From: Bryobacterales bacterium | GTDB lineage: Bacteria; Acidobacteriota; Terriglobia; Bryobacterales; UBA6623 | Reading direction: 5' to 3' | DNA length: 64,000 nucleotides | Assembly (NCBI GenBank): GCA_965248305.1 | Contig: OZ252099.1 | Span: 6,331,658-6,395,657, forward strand | Shown: in pieces, positions 9,800 to 18,941 of the stretch | Numbering within the stretch: position 1 is the stretch's first letter | Layout of the letters: the number at the start of each line of letters is the position of its first letter | Program-made: the position numbers and the translations under genes | The notes under the pieces: model-generated | The model's database searches: none | What the model saw: the letters and a program-made list of their open reading frames with translations, nothing else | What the model was told of the DNA's origin: nothing

Positions 9800-10553
9800 C
9801 GAGCGCTTCGGCGCGTGGTGCCCAGCGACAACGCTGCTGGCTCGGGAACTCGATCCATCTGCGGACGAGTTGGCGAGCCAGCGCACTGGATTGCATCGAG
9901 GCTCTACAGCAACTGGAATCGAGGCGCTATGCCTCATGGAATCAGCCTCTGACCAGTCCGCCAGAGGCGCGTCCTGACGCGAGCGGCCGAACCCGGATGA
10001 AACCGCACTTGACCTCGCGGCCAAGGCGATCACACAAGCGCCGGGAAAGAATCCACCCAGCGATCGCGACGATGGCTCGGTCTCCAAGCGCTCCTCAAAC
10101 TCCGGAATGCTGCCCGGAGTTCCGACCTGCGGCGCGAACTAGCGCCCTTGGACGACAGGCAGGTCCCGTTTGTTGCTGACGAGCAATGCTGCCAACCGTT
10201 TCAAGCGCAAGAACAAGCGATCCCGCTGGCAAGGCGACATTTCGTCAACGGCAGACCGGATCAGTTCGGACAACCAGCCGACTGTTTCGGAGTTGTGGCT
10301 GGCACGGGGAAGAGTCTGCTCGGACGGATCAGCTGCGATTCCCTTGATGTCGCGGCATTGCGCCCGCGATGGGGTAGGCCAACAACAGTTGAAGGCCTAG
10401 TTTCTTCCAAAGCCAACACTGAAGCGTCTTGACGGGAACGGATTGCTCCCCCGCTAATTGCTTGCCGGCTTCGGCCGTGACGCACACTGGGCTCGCGGCG
10501 CTCACAGCCAACTTCGGACGATGCGGTATTTTATAGCTGCGGCGGAAGATCAT
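9800..10553 (-). pseudogene. Possible heavily decayed IS630/Tc1-like transposase N-terminal remnant
   Basis: HTH-like strings are split over three minus-strand frames with stops: ..VTAEAGKQLAGEQSVPVKTLQCWLWKK.., ..GLPHRGRNAATSRESQLI.., MSPCQRDRLFLRLKRLAALLVSNKRD.. No intact ORF. The identification is weak. Confidence 0.3.
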
Positions 10554-10584
10554 CGTTACCCGCGTCGCGGGGCATCCTTAGCCT

Positions 10585-12810
10585 GTGAATCAGCAAGCCC
10601 AGATTCCCGACCGGGAGGTTTTGTCTGGCTCGGTCGAACGGGTCGTGTTCCACAGCCCCGAGAGCGGCTTCTGCGTGCTCAGGGTCCAGGTTCGCGGGTT
10701 GCGCGACCTGCAAGCCGTCGTCGGCCGGACGCTGTCGGTCAGCCCCGGAGAGTGGATCACCGCTTCCGGGCAGTGGGTCAATGACCGCTCGCACGGCCGC
10801 CAGTTCGAGGCGAGCTTTATCAAGGCCTCCGAGCCCGAGACCGATTCCGGCATCGAGAAGTACCTCGGCTCCGGCGCGATTCCCGGGATAGGCCCGGTCT
10901 ACGCGAAGAAGCTCGTCGCCGAGTTCGGCGCCGAGGTCTTCGACGTCATCGAGAACGACTCCGCGAGGCTCCGGCAAGTTCCCGGCATCGGGCCGGTCCG
11001 CGCCCGCCAGATCACCAACGCGTGGGACGAGCAGAAGGTTGTGCGGGAGATCATGATCTTCCTGCACAGCCATGGCGTGGGCTCGGCGCGCGCCGCCCGC
11101 ATCTACAAGACCTACGGCGCCGATGCGCTGCAAGTGATGTCCGAGAATCCATACCGTCTGGCCCGCGACATTCGGGGTATCGGGTTCAAGGTCGCCGACG
11201 CCATTGCCATGAAGCTCGGCATTGAGCGCACCGCCGACGTCCGCGTCCGCGCCGGTATCGCGTACGCCCTCACCGAGGCGATGAACGACGGTCATTGCGG
11301 TCTGCCGCGAGACGAATTGCTCAAGACGGCGCGCGATCTGCTGGACATTCCTGCCGAATTGATCGGGCCGGCATTGGTTGCCGAGGCGGCTGCAGGTACG
11401 GTCAGCGAGGACTCGGTCGGCGATCAGGCCTGCGTGTTTCTGGCCCGGCTGCACCGTGCCGAGCGGGGCATCGCCCGGGCTCTAGGCAGGTTGGCACGAG
11501 GGGCGCCACCGTGGCCTGCCGTCGATGCTGAGCGCGCTATCCCATGGATGGAGCGCCAGATCGACTTGACGCTGGCACCTAGCCAGCTCGCGGCTGTGCG
11601 CACTGCCCTGCGCTCGAAGGTCATGGTGATTACAGGCGGGCCGGGAGTTGGCAAGACCACGATCGTGAATGCCATCCTCAAGATCCTGTCCGCCAAGGAT
11701 GTGGAACTCGCACTGTGCGCCCCTACCGGGCGCGCTGCCAAGCGCCTGAGCGAGACCTCCGGGATGGAGGCCAAGACGATTCACCGACTGCTCGAGTTCG
11801 AGCCGGTCCGTGGCGGGTTTCGCCGCACGCCCGACAATCCGCTCGAATGCGACCTGCTCGTTGTGGACGAGACTTCGATGGTCGATGTGCCGCTGATGCA
11901 ATCCCTGTTGCGGGCGCTGCCCCAAGCGGCGGCGCTGCTGCTGGTCGGGGATGTCGACCAGCTGCCCTCCGTGGGCCCGGGGCAGGTGCTGGCAGATCTG
12001 ATCGACAGCGGCGCGATTCCCGTCGTGAGGCTTGTCGAGGTCTTCCGCCAGGCGGCGAGCAGCCGGATTGTCATCAACGCGCATCGCGTCAACCTCGGCG
12101 AGCTGCCCGAGATGGGCAGGCCCGAAGGGAAGAGCGATTTCTATTTCGTGCCTGCCGAGCAAGCAGACCTCGCCATTCGCCGAACCGTCGAGCTGGTCCG
12201 GACGCGCATCCCCCAGCGGTTTGGCTTTGACCCGGTTCGCGAGATCCAGGTCTTGTGCCCCATGAATCGCGGCGGCATGGGCGCCCGGGTCCTCAACGAG
12301 GAACTCCAAGCGGCCTTGAACCCACACGGCGCGCTCAAGGTCGAGCGCTTTGGCTGGACCTATGCCCAAGGCGACAAGGTGATGCAGGTGGAGAACGACT
12401 ACGATCGCGACGTTTACAACGGCGACATCGGCTATATCGCCTCTCTCGACGAGGAAGAAGGCGACCTCGTGGTCGACTTTGAGGGGCGCAAGGTCACCTA
12501 CACGTTTCGAGAGCTTGACACGTTGGTGCCTGCATTCGCGATCACAATCCACAAGAGCCAAGGATCGGAGTACCCCGCTGTGGTGATCCCAATCATGGAC
12601 CAGCATTTTGTCCTGCTGCAGCGCAACTTGATCTATACCGGCATTACGCGCGGCAAGCGGCTCGTCGTGCTGGTCGGGCAGCGCAGCGCCGTCAAGCGCG
12701 CTGTCCAAACGGCCACCCACTCTCGCCGGTGCTCGAAGCTGAAGGAATTCGTCAGGGCTGAGATCAACGCGCGCGCGGAGCGCCAAGGCACCCTGCTGGA
12801 AGCGCGGTGA
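10585..12810 (+). CDS. recD2: RecD2-type SF1 ATP-dependent DNA helicase
   Basis: 741 aa. N-terminal SH3/HhH region (GIGPVYAKKLVAEFG, PGIGPVRARQI), Walker A VITGGPGVGKTT, DExx LLVVDETSMVD, LLLVGDVDQLPSVGPG, C-terminal AITIHKSQGSEYP. Confidence 0.9.
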   Translation: MNQQAQIPDREVLSGSVERVVFHSPESGFCVLRVQVRGLRDLQAVVGRTLSVSPGEWITASGQWVNDRSHGRQFEASFIKASEPETDSGIEKYLGSGAIPGIGPVYAKKLVAEFGAEVFDVIENDSARLRQVPGIGPVRARQITNAWDEQKVVREIMIFLHSHGVGSARAARIYKTYGADALQVMSENPYRLARDIRGIGFKVADAIAMKLGIERTADVRVRAGIAYALTEAMNDGHCGLPRDELLKTARDLLDIPAELIGPALVAEAAAGTVSEDSVGDQACVFLARLHRAERGIARALGRLARGAPPWPAVDAERAIPWMERQIDLTLAPSQLAAVRTALRSKVMVITGGPGVGKTTIVNAILKILSAKDVELALCAPTGRAAKRLSETSGMEAKTIHRLLEFEPVRGGFRRTPDNPLECDLLVVDETSMVDVPLMQSLLRALPQAAALLLVGDVDQLPSVGPGQVLADLIDSGAIPVVRLVEVFRQAASSRIVINAHRVNLGELPEMGRPEGKSDFYFVPAEQADLAIRRTVELVRTRIPQRFGFDPVREIQVLCPMNRGGMGARVLNEELQAALNPHGALKVERFGWTYAQGDKVMQVENDYDRDVYNGDIGYIASLDEEEGDLVVDFEGRKVTYTFRELDTLVPAFAITIHKSQGSEYPAVVIPIMDQHFVLLQRNLIYTGITRGKRLVVLVGQRSAVKRAVQTATHSRRCSKLKEFVRAEINARAERQGTLLEAR

Positions 12811-13506
12811 TCAGTTCGCAGACGAGTTGGATTGATGCAGCCGACCGTGCTCAAACCGGAAGACGCGGTCACACAGCGCCGCGAACGCAGCGTTGTGCGT
12901 TGCGAGCAGCAGCGCGAGGCCTTCTTCTTGCACCAATCCGAGCAACATCTTCATGACGGCCGAGCCCGTGCGCTCGTCGAGGTTGCCGGTCGGTTCATCC
13001 GCAAGCAGCAATCTCGGATTTGATACCAGCGCGCGGGCAATTGCCACGCGCTGCTGCTCGCCGCCGGAGAGTTCGCCCGACTGGTGGTCGATCCGGGCGC
13101 CGAGGCCGACGCGTTCCAGCCAATGCCGGGCGGACTCGTGCCCGGAATCCCGCTGATTGCCTTGGATGCGCAGCGGGAGCGCGACATTTTCAACCGCGGT
13201 GAACTCTGGAAGCAGATGGCAGTTTTGCCAGACGTAGCCGATATCCCTGTTGCGATAGGCAGCGAGCTGTGCCTCATTCAGCGAGCCGAGCGCATCGCCG
13301 CAGAACAGCACCCTCCCGGCAGAGGGCTTCTCCAAGGCACCGAGTATGTGCAGCAGCGTGGACTTCCCCGCGCCAGATTCGCCGACCAAGGCTATGCTCT
13401 GACCCTCGGCGATCTCAAATGTCAGCCCCGCGAATATCGTTAGCGAATGCGCGCCCGTGCGGAAGGTCTTGCCCAGGCCTTCGGCCCGGATCACTGGCTC
13501 AGCCAT
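12811..13506 (-). CDS. ABC transporter ATP-binding protein (LolD/FtsE/MacB-ATPase-like)
   Basis: 231 aa. Walker A GESGAGKST, signature LSGGEQQRVAIARAL, Walker B LLLADEPTGNLD. No cognate permease gene is adjacent. Confidence 0.85.
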   Translation of the reverse strand: MAEPVIRAEGLGKTFRTGAHSLTIFAGLTFEIAEGQSIALVGESGAGKSTLLHILGALEKPSAGRVLFCGDALGSLNEAQLAAYRNRDIGYVWQNCHLLPEFTAVENVALPLRIQGNQRDSGHESARHWLERVGLGARIDHQSGELSGGEQQRVAIARALVSNPRLLLADEPTGNLDERTGSAVMKMLLGLVQEEGLALLLATHNAAFAALCDRVFRFEHGRLHQSNSSAN

Positions 13507-14065
13507 CAGCGCGCAGCCCCTGCACCCATCCTAGCTCGAAGATCTGTTGCAACACTGCGGCGGGGTCTGCGGAAGCATCGACCCTGGAGTCCGCCTTCGC
13601 GTACGCAACCTGCCGCGTCGCGTGCAATTGCAAGAAAGCCCTGTGGTCTCGCGCGAGCGGACGGTGCGCTTCATGGCGCACTCGCTCCCACAGCGTCGAG
13701 GCATCGGCGTCCAGCCAGAGCGTCGCTCCAGCAGAGCGCAGCAGGTCCTGGTTCCTTGCATTCGCGTAGGTGCCGCCGCCCAGTGCCAAGACACGCGGGC
13801 TGCCGGCGCGGCTGAGGTCGGCCTGCTCCCGCAGAGCGGCGTGCTCGCGCTCGCGGAACCCGTCTTCTCCGTGTTGGGCGAATATCTCGGGAATCGTCTG
13901 CCCAGCACGCCTCTCGATCTCATCGTCAAGATCGATGAACTCCCAGCCCAGCCGGTCTGCCAGCGCTCTGCCGACGGTCGATTTCCCGGACCCCATGAAG
14001 CCGGCAAGGAAGATTGCCCCCGGGCGCTTGTCGCCCGCGCCGGGCGTGCGTTCGTGCGCAGTCAC
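13499..14065 (-). CDS. aroK: Shikimate kinase
   Basis: GAIFLAGFMGSGKSTVGRALADRLGWEFIDLDDEIERRAGQTIPEIF..GEDGFREREH..LALGGG. The GTG start at 14065 overlaps the upstream stop (GTGA). The stop overlaps the downstream ATG (ATGGCTGA). Confidence 0.85.
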   Translation of the reverse strand: MTAHERTPGAGDKRPGAIFLAGFMGSGKSTVGRALADRLGWEFIDLDDEIERRAGQTIPEIFAQHGEDGFREREHAALREQADLSRAGSPRVLALGGGTYANARNQDLLRSAGATLWLDADASTLWERVRHEAHRPLARDHRAFLQLHATRQVAYAKADSRVDASADPAAVLQQIFELGWVQGLRADG

Positions 14066-14883
14066 TTCGTATCGTCCCGCAGCAGAGAGCGCGCCATCAA
14101 ATTGTGCAAGGGGCGAGGGAACAGACGCTCGGCCGCGATCACCAGCCAGCCGAGGCGAGGGATGACGACGGTGCGCTTGCGTTTTCGAATGCCCGCGCGA
14201 ATCGCGTCGGCGCATTGCTCTGCCGTGATGGCAAAGCGCCCCCTGCTGGGCAGCGCCGTGGGGGAAGCCCCCTGCAGCATGTTTCCGACAAACGGCGTAC
14301 TGACGTAGCCCGGGCAAACACTTAGTACATGGATGTGCCTTCCCCGCAATTCGGTGCGCAAGATATTGGCGTACGCATTCAGGGCGTGTTTCGATGATGC
14401 GTACACTGCCATGCCGGGAAACGACAGCTTGCCCGCGATCGAACTGACCGTCACGATCATCCCTCCGGCCGGAATCAGCGGCAGCAGCCGGCGCGTGATT
14501 TCCACGGGCGCGAGGAAGTTCAGCGCCATCAGCTGTCTTGCGCGTTCTGGATCGGTTGCGTACGACGGTGCGCGGATGCCCACGCCCGCATTGTGGACCA
14601 GCACGTCGATTGTCGGGACATCGGCGAGAATCCTGGCGCAGAACGACGCGACCGATTCGGCGTCCGTCAGGTCCGCTTCAATGATCTTGGCCCCGCCGAC
14701 TTGGCGCGCGGTCTCTTCCAGCGCGTCGCGTCGCCTTCCGCTCAGGATCAGCTGGGCGCCGTCGCGCGCGCATCCGGCGGCGCAGGCGCGGCCAATCCCC
14801 GAGGATCCACCCGTGATGAGCACGGTCTTGCCACGAAGCTGCAATTTACGTGCGGGCCAGAGGCGGAAGCGCCGGAAGGGCAT
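14062..14883 (-). CDS. Short-chain dehydrogenase/reductase (SDR) family oxidoreductase
   Basis: From the ATG at 14883: MPFRRFRLWPARKLQLRGKTVLITGGSSGIGRA.., NNAG-like VHNAGVG, catalytic YASSKHAL. The longer ORF to 15063 is an Arg-rich antisense extension. A TTG start 13 codons further downstream (the first Leu of LQLRGKT) is an alternative. Confidence 0.85.
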   Translation of the reverse strand: MPFRRFRLWPARKLQLRGKTVLITGGSSGIGRACAAGCARDGAQLILSGRRRDALEETARQVGGAKIIEADLTDAESVASFCARILADVPTIDVLVHNAGVGIRAPSYATDPERARQLMALNFLAPVEITRRLLPLIPAGGMIVTVSSIAGKLSFPGMAVYASSKHALNAYANILRTELRGRHIHVLSVCPGYVSTPFVGNMLQGASPTALPSRGRFAITAEQCADAIRAGIRKRKRTVVIPRLGWLVIAAERLFPRPLHNLMARSLLRDDTK

Positions 14884-14891
14884 ACTGTAAC

Positions 14892-15524
14892 ATGGCTCAG
14901 AAAGCGCTGCTACCGCTGTTCCCGCTCGAGCTGGTATTGCTGCCAGCCGAGCCCTTGCCCCTGTACATCTTCGAGCCGCGGTACCGCAGGATGATTTCTG
15001 ACGCGCATGCGCACGGCACCGAGTTCGGGATCGTCTGGCAGACGGACGAAGGCGCCGCTGCAACCGGCTGCTCGGCCGCTGTCGAAGCAGTGACTGAGCG
15101 GTTTGATGACGGTAGCTTCAACGTCCGCGTGATTGGTAAGACGCGCTTCGACGTGGAGTCATGGACCTTGTTCGAAGGGTGCGTGCATGCCAAGGTTGAG
15201 TTCTTCCATGACGAACCCGGTTCGGAGCCGGACGCTGAAGTGTGCGCGTCGCTGCTCGAAATGGCCGACGAGCTGAGGCGGTTCGGTGACATCGAGCTTC
15301 CGGTGAGCGAAGAACCGTGGCGGGCGGATCTGCCCGGCCTGTCGTTTCGGATTGCGAGGGACCTCCACTTGCCAGCGGTATTCAGGCAAGTGCTGCTAGA
15401 GGATCGCTCGGAGGCCCGTCGCAGCGAGATCCTCGCGACCGTGCTGGAGGGACTGTTAGAGGAGCGCGCCAAGCTGGAGCGTCGCTCGGGTCGCGCGAGC
15501 GGCAACGGCAACTTGGTGAATTGA
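14892..15524 (+). CDS. LON peptidase substrate-binding (Lon N-terminal) domain protein
   Basis: MAQKALLPLFPLELVLLPAEPLPLYIFEPRYRRMISDA is the canonical Lon-N start, in a protein of about 210 aa. Confidence 0.8.
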   Translation: MAQKALLPLFPLELVLLPAEPLPLYIFEPRYRRMISDAHAHGTEFGIVWQTDEGAAATGCSAAVEAVTERFDDGSFNVRVIGKTRFDVESWTLFEGCVHAKVEFFHDEPGSEPDAEVCASLLEMADELRRFGDIELPVSEEPWRADLPGLSFRIARDLHLPAVFRQVLLEDRSEARRSEILATVLEGLLEERAKLERRSGRASGNGNLVN

Positions 15525-15567
15525 GGCTGATGCAATCGGGGACCACGGACCTTGCGAGAGTCTCGAA

Positions 15568-16923
15568 ATGATCAGAATTGCAAACGGTCAAGGATTTTGG
15601 GGCGACTGGCTGGAGGCCCCTCGGCGTCTCGTCGCGGACGGCCCGATCGATTATCTCGTGTTGGACTACCTCTCCGAGGTCACGATGTCAATCTTGGAGA
15701 AGCAAATGCGCCGGGATCCCCTTAAGGGCTACGCCTCTGACGCGGTCGATCTCGCCGTTTCCCTGTTGCCGCGAATGCTTGCCGGCGGCATCAAGATCGT
15801 GACCAATGCGGGCGGCGTGAATCCGAAGGCCTGCGCGCAGGCCATCCTTGACCGTGCCCGGGACACAGGCATAGGCGGCGTCAAGGTCGCTGTGGTGCTA
15901 GGCGACGACATCAGTGACCGGATCGACGGGATGGCAGCGCGTGGCGTCCGCTTTGATGAGATCGACACCGGTCGTGGCATCGAAGATATTCGCGAGGAAC
16001 TGCTTAGCGCGCATGTCTACTTGGGCGGATTTCCACTCGCTGAGGCACTGGCGACTGGAGCGCAGATCGTCATCGCCGGCCGGTCCACCGACACTGCCCT
16101 CACGCTTGCCCCGATGATCCATGAGTACGGCTGGGCGGAGCGTGATTGGAATCGTCTGGCAGCTGGCACGATTGCGGGGCACATCATCGAGTGCGGCGCG
16201 CAATGCACGGGTGGGAATTGCTCGGTGGACTGGCAGTCGATCCCAGACATGGCGAATATCGGATTTCCCGTGGTCGAAGCCAGCGAAAGCGGAGACTTCG
16301 TGGTAACCAAGCAGCCTGGGACGGGCGGGCGCGTCACGCTCGCCTCGATCAAGGAGCAACTGCTGTACGAGCTGGGCGACCCGCAAGCCTACCTAACGCC
16401 CGATTGCCGTGCAGATTTCACGAGCCTGACGCTGCACCAAGACGGCCCTGACAGGGTGGCAGTCGAGGGAGTGCGCGGAGGGCCCCGCCCGCCGACGCTG
16501 AAGACCTCGATCACTTATGCCGCCGGCTATCAGGCAGTCGGGACGTTGGTGTACAGCTGGCCTGATGCGCGCCAGAAGGCGCAAGCAGCCGAGGCGATCG
16601 TCCGCCGGAGGCTGGGCGACCTCGGTTTGCGCTTCGAAGACATTCATGCCGAGCTGCTCGGCGTCGATGCCTGCCACGGCCCGGCAGCAGCGCCCAATGC
16701 GGATCCGCCAGAAGTCCAGCTGCGCATTGGGGTCCGTGCTCACGAACGCGCGCCGGTCGAGCGCTTCAGCCGCGAGATGATTCCGCTGGTGCTGAACGGC
16801 CCGCCGACGGCGACTGGCTTTGGAGACGGGCGCCCGCGGGTCAGGCAGGTGGTGGCCCACCATGCTTCGCTGCTGCCGCGCGAAGAGATCCAGACCAGCG
16901 TCGAAGTGTTCGAATCGAGTTGA
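15568..16923 (+). CDS. Acyclic terpene utilisation AtuA-family protein (DUF1446)
   Basis: MIRIANGQGFWGDWLEAPRRLV..IDYLVLDYLSEVTMSIL..IVTNAGGVNP..GHIIECGAQCTGGN, typical of the DUF1446/AtuA family, 451 aa. Confidence 0.8.
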   Translation: MIRIANGQGFWGDWLEAPRRLVADGPIDYLVLDYLSEVTMSILEKQMRRDPLKGYASDAVDLAVSLLPRMLAGGIKIVTNAGGVNPKACAQAILDRARDTGIGGVKVAVVLGDDISDRIDGMAARGVRFDEIDTGRGIEDIREELLSAHVYLGGFPLAEALATGAQIVIAGRSTDTALTLAPMIHEYGWAERDWNRLAAGTIAGHIIECGAQCTGGNCSVDWQSIPDMANIGFPVVEASESGDFVVTKQPGTGGRVTLASIKEQLLYELGDPQAYLTPDCRADFTSLTLHQDGPDRVAVEGVRGGPRPPTLKTSITYAAGYQAVGTLVYSWPDARQKAQAAEAIVRRRLGDLGLRFEDIHAELLGVDACHGPAAAPNADPPEVQLRIGVRAHERAPVERFSREMIPLVLNGPPTATGFGDGRPRVRQVVAHHASLLPREEIQTSVEVFESS

Positions 16924-17375
16924 CAGTTGCGGCTGGGCGTTGCGCCATCGAGACGGGATTGTTGTAAGCCCCTTTCTTGCCCCTAGGGCGTGGGCGCGCT
17001 GACCGGGCTGGCGGCAGCGTCAACACTTGTTGAAGCGATGGACGAGCGAGCCAAGGCGCAGGTCGTCGAGGACGGCGAGCTGGTCGAGGATGCGCTGGCG
17101 GCGGGCTTGGAGCGCCGCGATGTCGGGGGTGGCGGCATCCGGCATGTCATTAACAGATCACGTTAACGACACAATGGAGAGCCAACCGCTATAGGCAAAG
17201 AGACCGCGAACTACTCGTGGCTAACTCGGAGCGCAATTGATCGGATACGAATCTGGTGCCGTACACCCCTTGTGTGCAAGCGGCAGGGCGCACGAGCGGA
17301 TCCAACGTGTTTTCGCGACCTATTTGCGCGGGAACCTTACAACCCAGCGCAGCCTGTGGGCGAGGTGACCTGCCG

Positions 17376-17825
17376 CTAGCGTGCAGGGAGCATGTTCCGG
17401 ATTGCCCCGATCTTCCATTCTTCGTCAACTCGCACGCAGACGAAAGTGCTCCACATCTTACGGTCCGCAGCGCCGCCGGTGCCCTTGATGACGTAGCGGG
17501 CATCGGCCACCGCCACGTCGGCCGTGGGAAAGCTCACCGTTTCCACCGTCAAGGTGCGTGTCCCAGTATTGCGGCGGGAGCTGCCCAGCATGCCCTCGAC
17601 GAGCGCCTCGCGCCCCCGGCGCCAAACGCCTGACGACACGAGCTGGTCGGCGGTGTCCGTGAAGAGCTTCCGGATCGCTTCCGGATCGCGCGACTCACGC
17701 GCCGCCGAGTACTGGCCAACCAGTTCTTTGATAGCCTCCGCATCGTCGGCGCCCGGCAGCGAAGCCGGAGCGGCGGCGACCAGTACAACGAGCAGCGCGG
17801 AGATTGCGATCCGCAGTGTCAGCAT
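17376..17825 (-). CDS. Secreted NTF2-like (SgcJ/EcaC, DUF4440-type) protein
   Basis: The ATG at 17825 gives the signal peptide [26 protein letters not shown]. Then [32 protein letters not shown]...[12 protein letters not shown], the SnoaL/DUF4440 pattern. Confidence 0.7.
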   Translation of the reverse strand: MLTLRIAISALLVVLVAAAPASLPGADDAEAIKELVGQYSAARESRDPEAIRKLFTDTADQLVSSGVWRRGREALVEGMLGSSRRNTGTRTLTVETVSFPTADVAVADARYVIKGTGGAADRKMWSTFVCVRVDEEWKIGAIRNMLPAR

Positions 17826-17848
17826 GGTGTCCTCCTGCGCGGCGGCGG

Positions 17849-18931
17849 TCAGTAGACGCCGACCGTGACCGAACCGGCCTTGGGGTCCCGGTACGGCCGC
17901 ACGTTGCGCACGCCGTCCCAAGGATACAGGTCGATCGGAGGTTCGCGCTCGCAGATGTCCCGTTCCGCAAACCGGGGCATGAAGAATTCCTTCGTCAGCG
18001 TTGTCAGCACGCCTCGCCCGGTCTCGCCGTAGCCGACTGTCTCGACCAATTGGTCGGGGTTGCAGACCTCGAGCACGGCTCTTGGCTGGGGCGGATAGTA
18101 GATGATCGCGTGGTCGTCCGCCGGATCAAATGGCTTGTGGCAGGCCAAGCCCATCAAGGTGTTGCCATAGGTGGCCGCGAAGTAAGCCCCTTCGAGCAGC
18201 TCTTCCCTGGCGAACCGGTGGAACTCGGGAGTCATCTCCGTCCCGCCGCAGAACACCCCGGTGATGCCGAATTTCTTGAGAGAGGTGCGATCGCACAGCC
18301 CCTCCAGCAGCTTGGGCGTGGCGAAGAGGCAGCGGATGCCCGGATGCGCCTTGAGGATCGTGAGCGCTTGGTCGATGCAGTGCTGCTTGTAGCGCTCCGC
18401 CTCTTCGTGATGGCCCCGCTTCAACAGCTTGACTACCCAGCGCGGGTCAAGGTCCACCGAGAAGCAAATCCCTCCCCGCACCTGCGCCAAATACTCGACC
18501 GCCAGGCGCAGCCGGCGCGGGCCGCTCGGCCCGAGGTGCAACCAGTCGGAGCCCGGCGGAAAGAACTCGTCGGGCAGCGTCTTCGAAAACTCCGCGTAGT
18601 CCGTCCGAAAGTCCTCCACGTTGATGCGGGACTTCGGCACGCCGGTCGTTCCGCCGGTCTCGAACACATACACGGGCTTGTGCGCGAGACCCTTCGGCAC
18701 CCAGCGCCTCACTGGGCCCCCGCGCAGCCATTCGTCCTCAAACGGCGGGAGCAGGCTCAGGTCGCTGAACCCACCGATTCGGTCCCGGGGATCCCAGGCG
18801 AGGCGCTCGCGGGCGAACTCTAGCCAAAACGGGCAGCCGGTCGCGGGGTCGAAGTGCCAGGCGACCGTTTGGCGGACATGCTCATCCAGGGCGGCGCGGG
18901 CCGTGTCCAGCTTGTCTTGAAGGCGGTCCAT
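17849..18931 (-). CDS. Adenylate-forming (ANL superfamily, PaaK/CapK/F390-synthetase-like) enzyme, putative
   Basis: The [12 protein letters not shown] motif resembles the (S/T)GTTGxPK AMP-binding loop. About 360 aa with no signal peptide. The family assignment rests on the motif only. Confidence 0.55.
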   Translation of the reverse strand: MDRLQDKLDTARAALDEHVRQTVAWHFDPATGCPFWLEFARERLAWDPRDRIGGFSDLSLLPPFEDEWLRGGPVRRWVPKGLAHKPVYVFETGGTTGVPKSRINVEDFRTDYAEFSKTLPDEFFPPGSDWLHLGPSGPRRLRLAVEYLAQVRGGICFSVDLDPRWVVKLLKRGHHEEAERYKQHCIDQALTILKAHPGIRCLFATPKLLEGLCDRTSLKKFGITGVFCGGTEMTPEFHRFAREELLEGAYFAATYGNTLMGLACHKPFDPADDHAIIYYPPQPRAVLEVCNPDQLVETVGYGETGRGVLTTLTKEFFMPRFAERDICEREPPIDLYPWDGVRNVRPYRDPKAGSVTVGVY

Positions 18932-18941
18932 TGCGATCGCC

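Noticed and set aside
16930-17145. A short minus-strand ORF MPDAATPDIAALQARRQRILDQLAVLDDLRLGSLVHRFNKC-TGA-RCRQPGQRAH.. It resembles the start of small coiled-coil plus CxxC proteins that accompany some mobile elements.
   Set aside because: It is only 41 codons before an in-frame stop and the continuation is degenerate. I cannot name the family with confidence. At most it is another relic.
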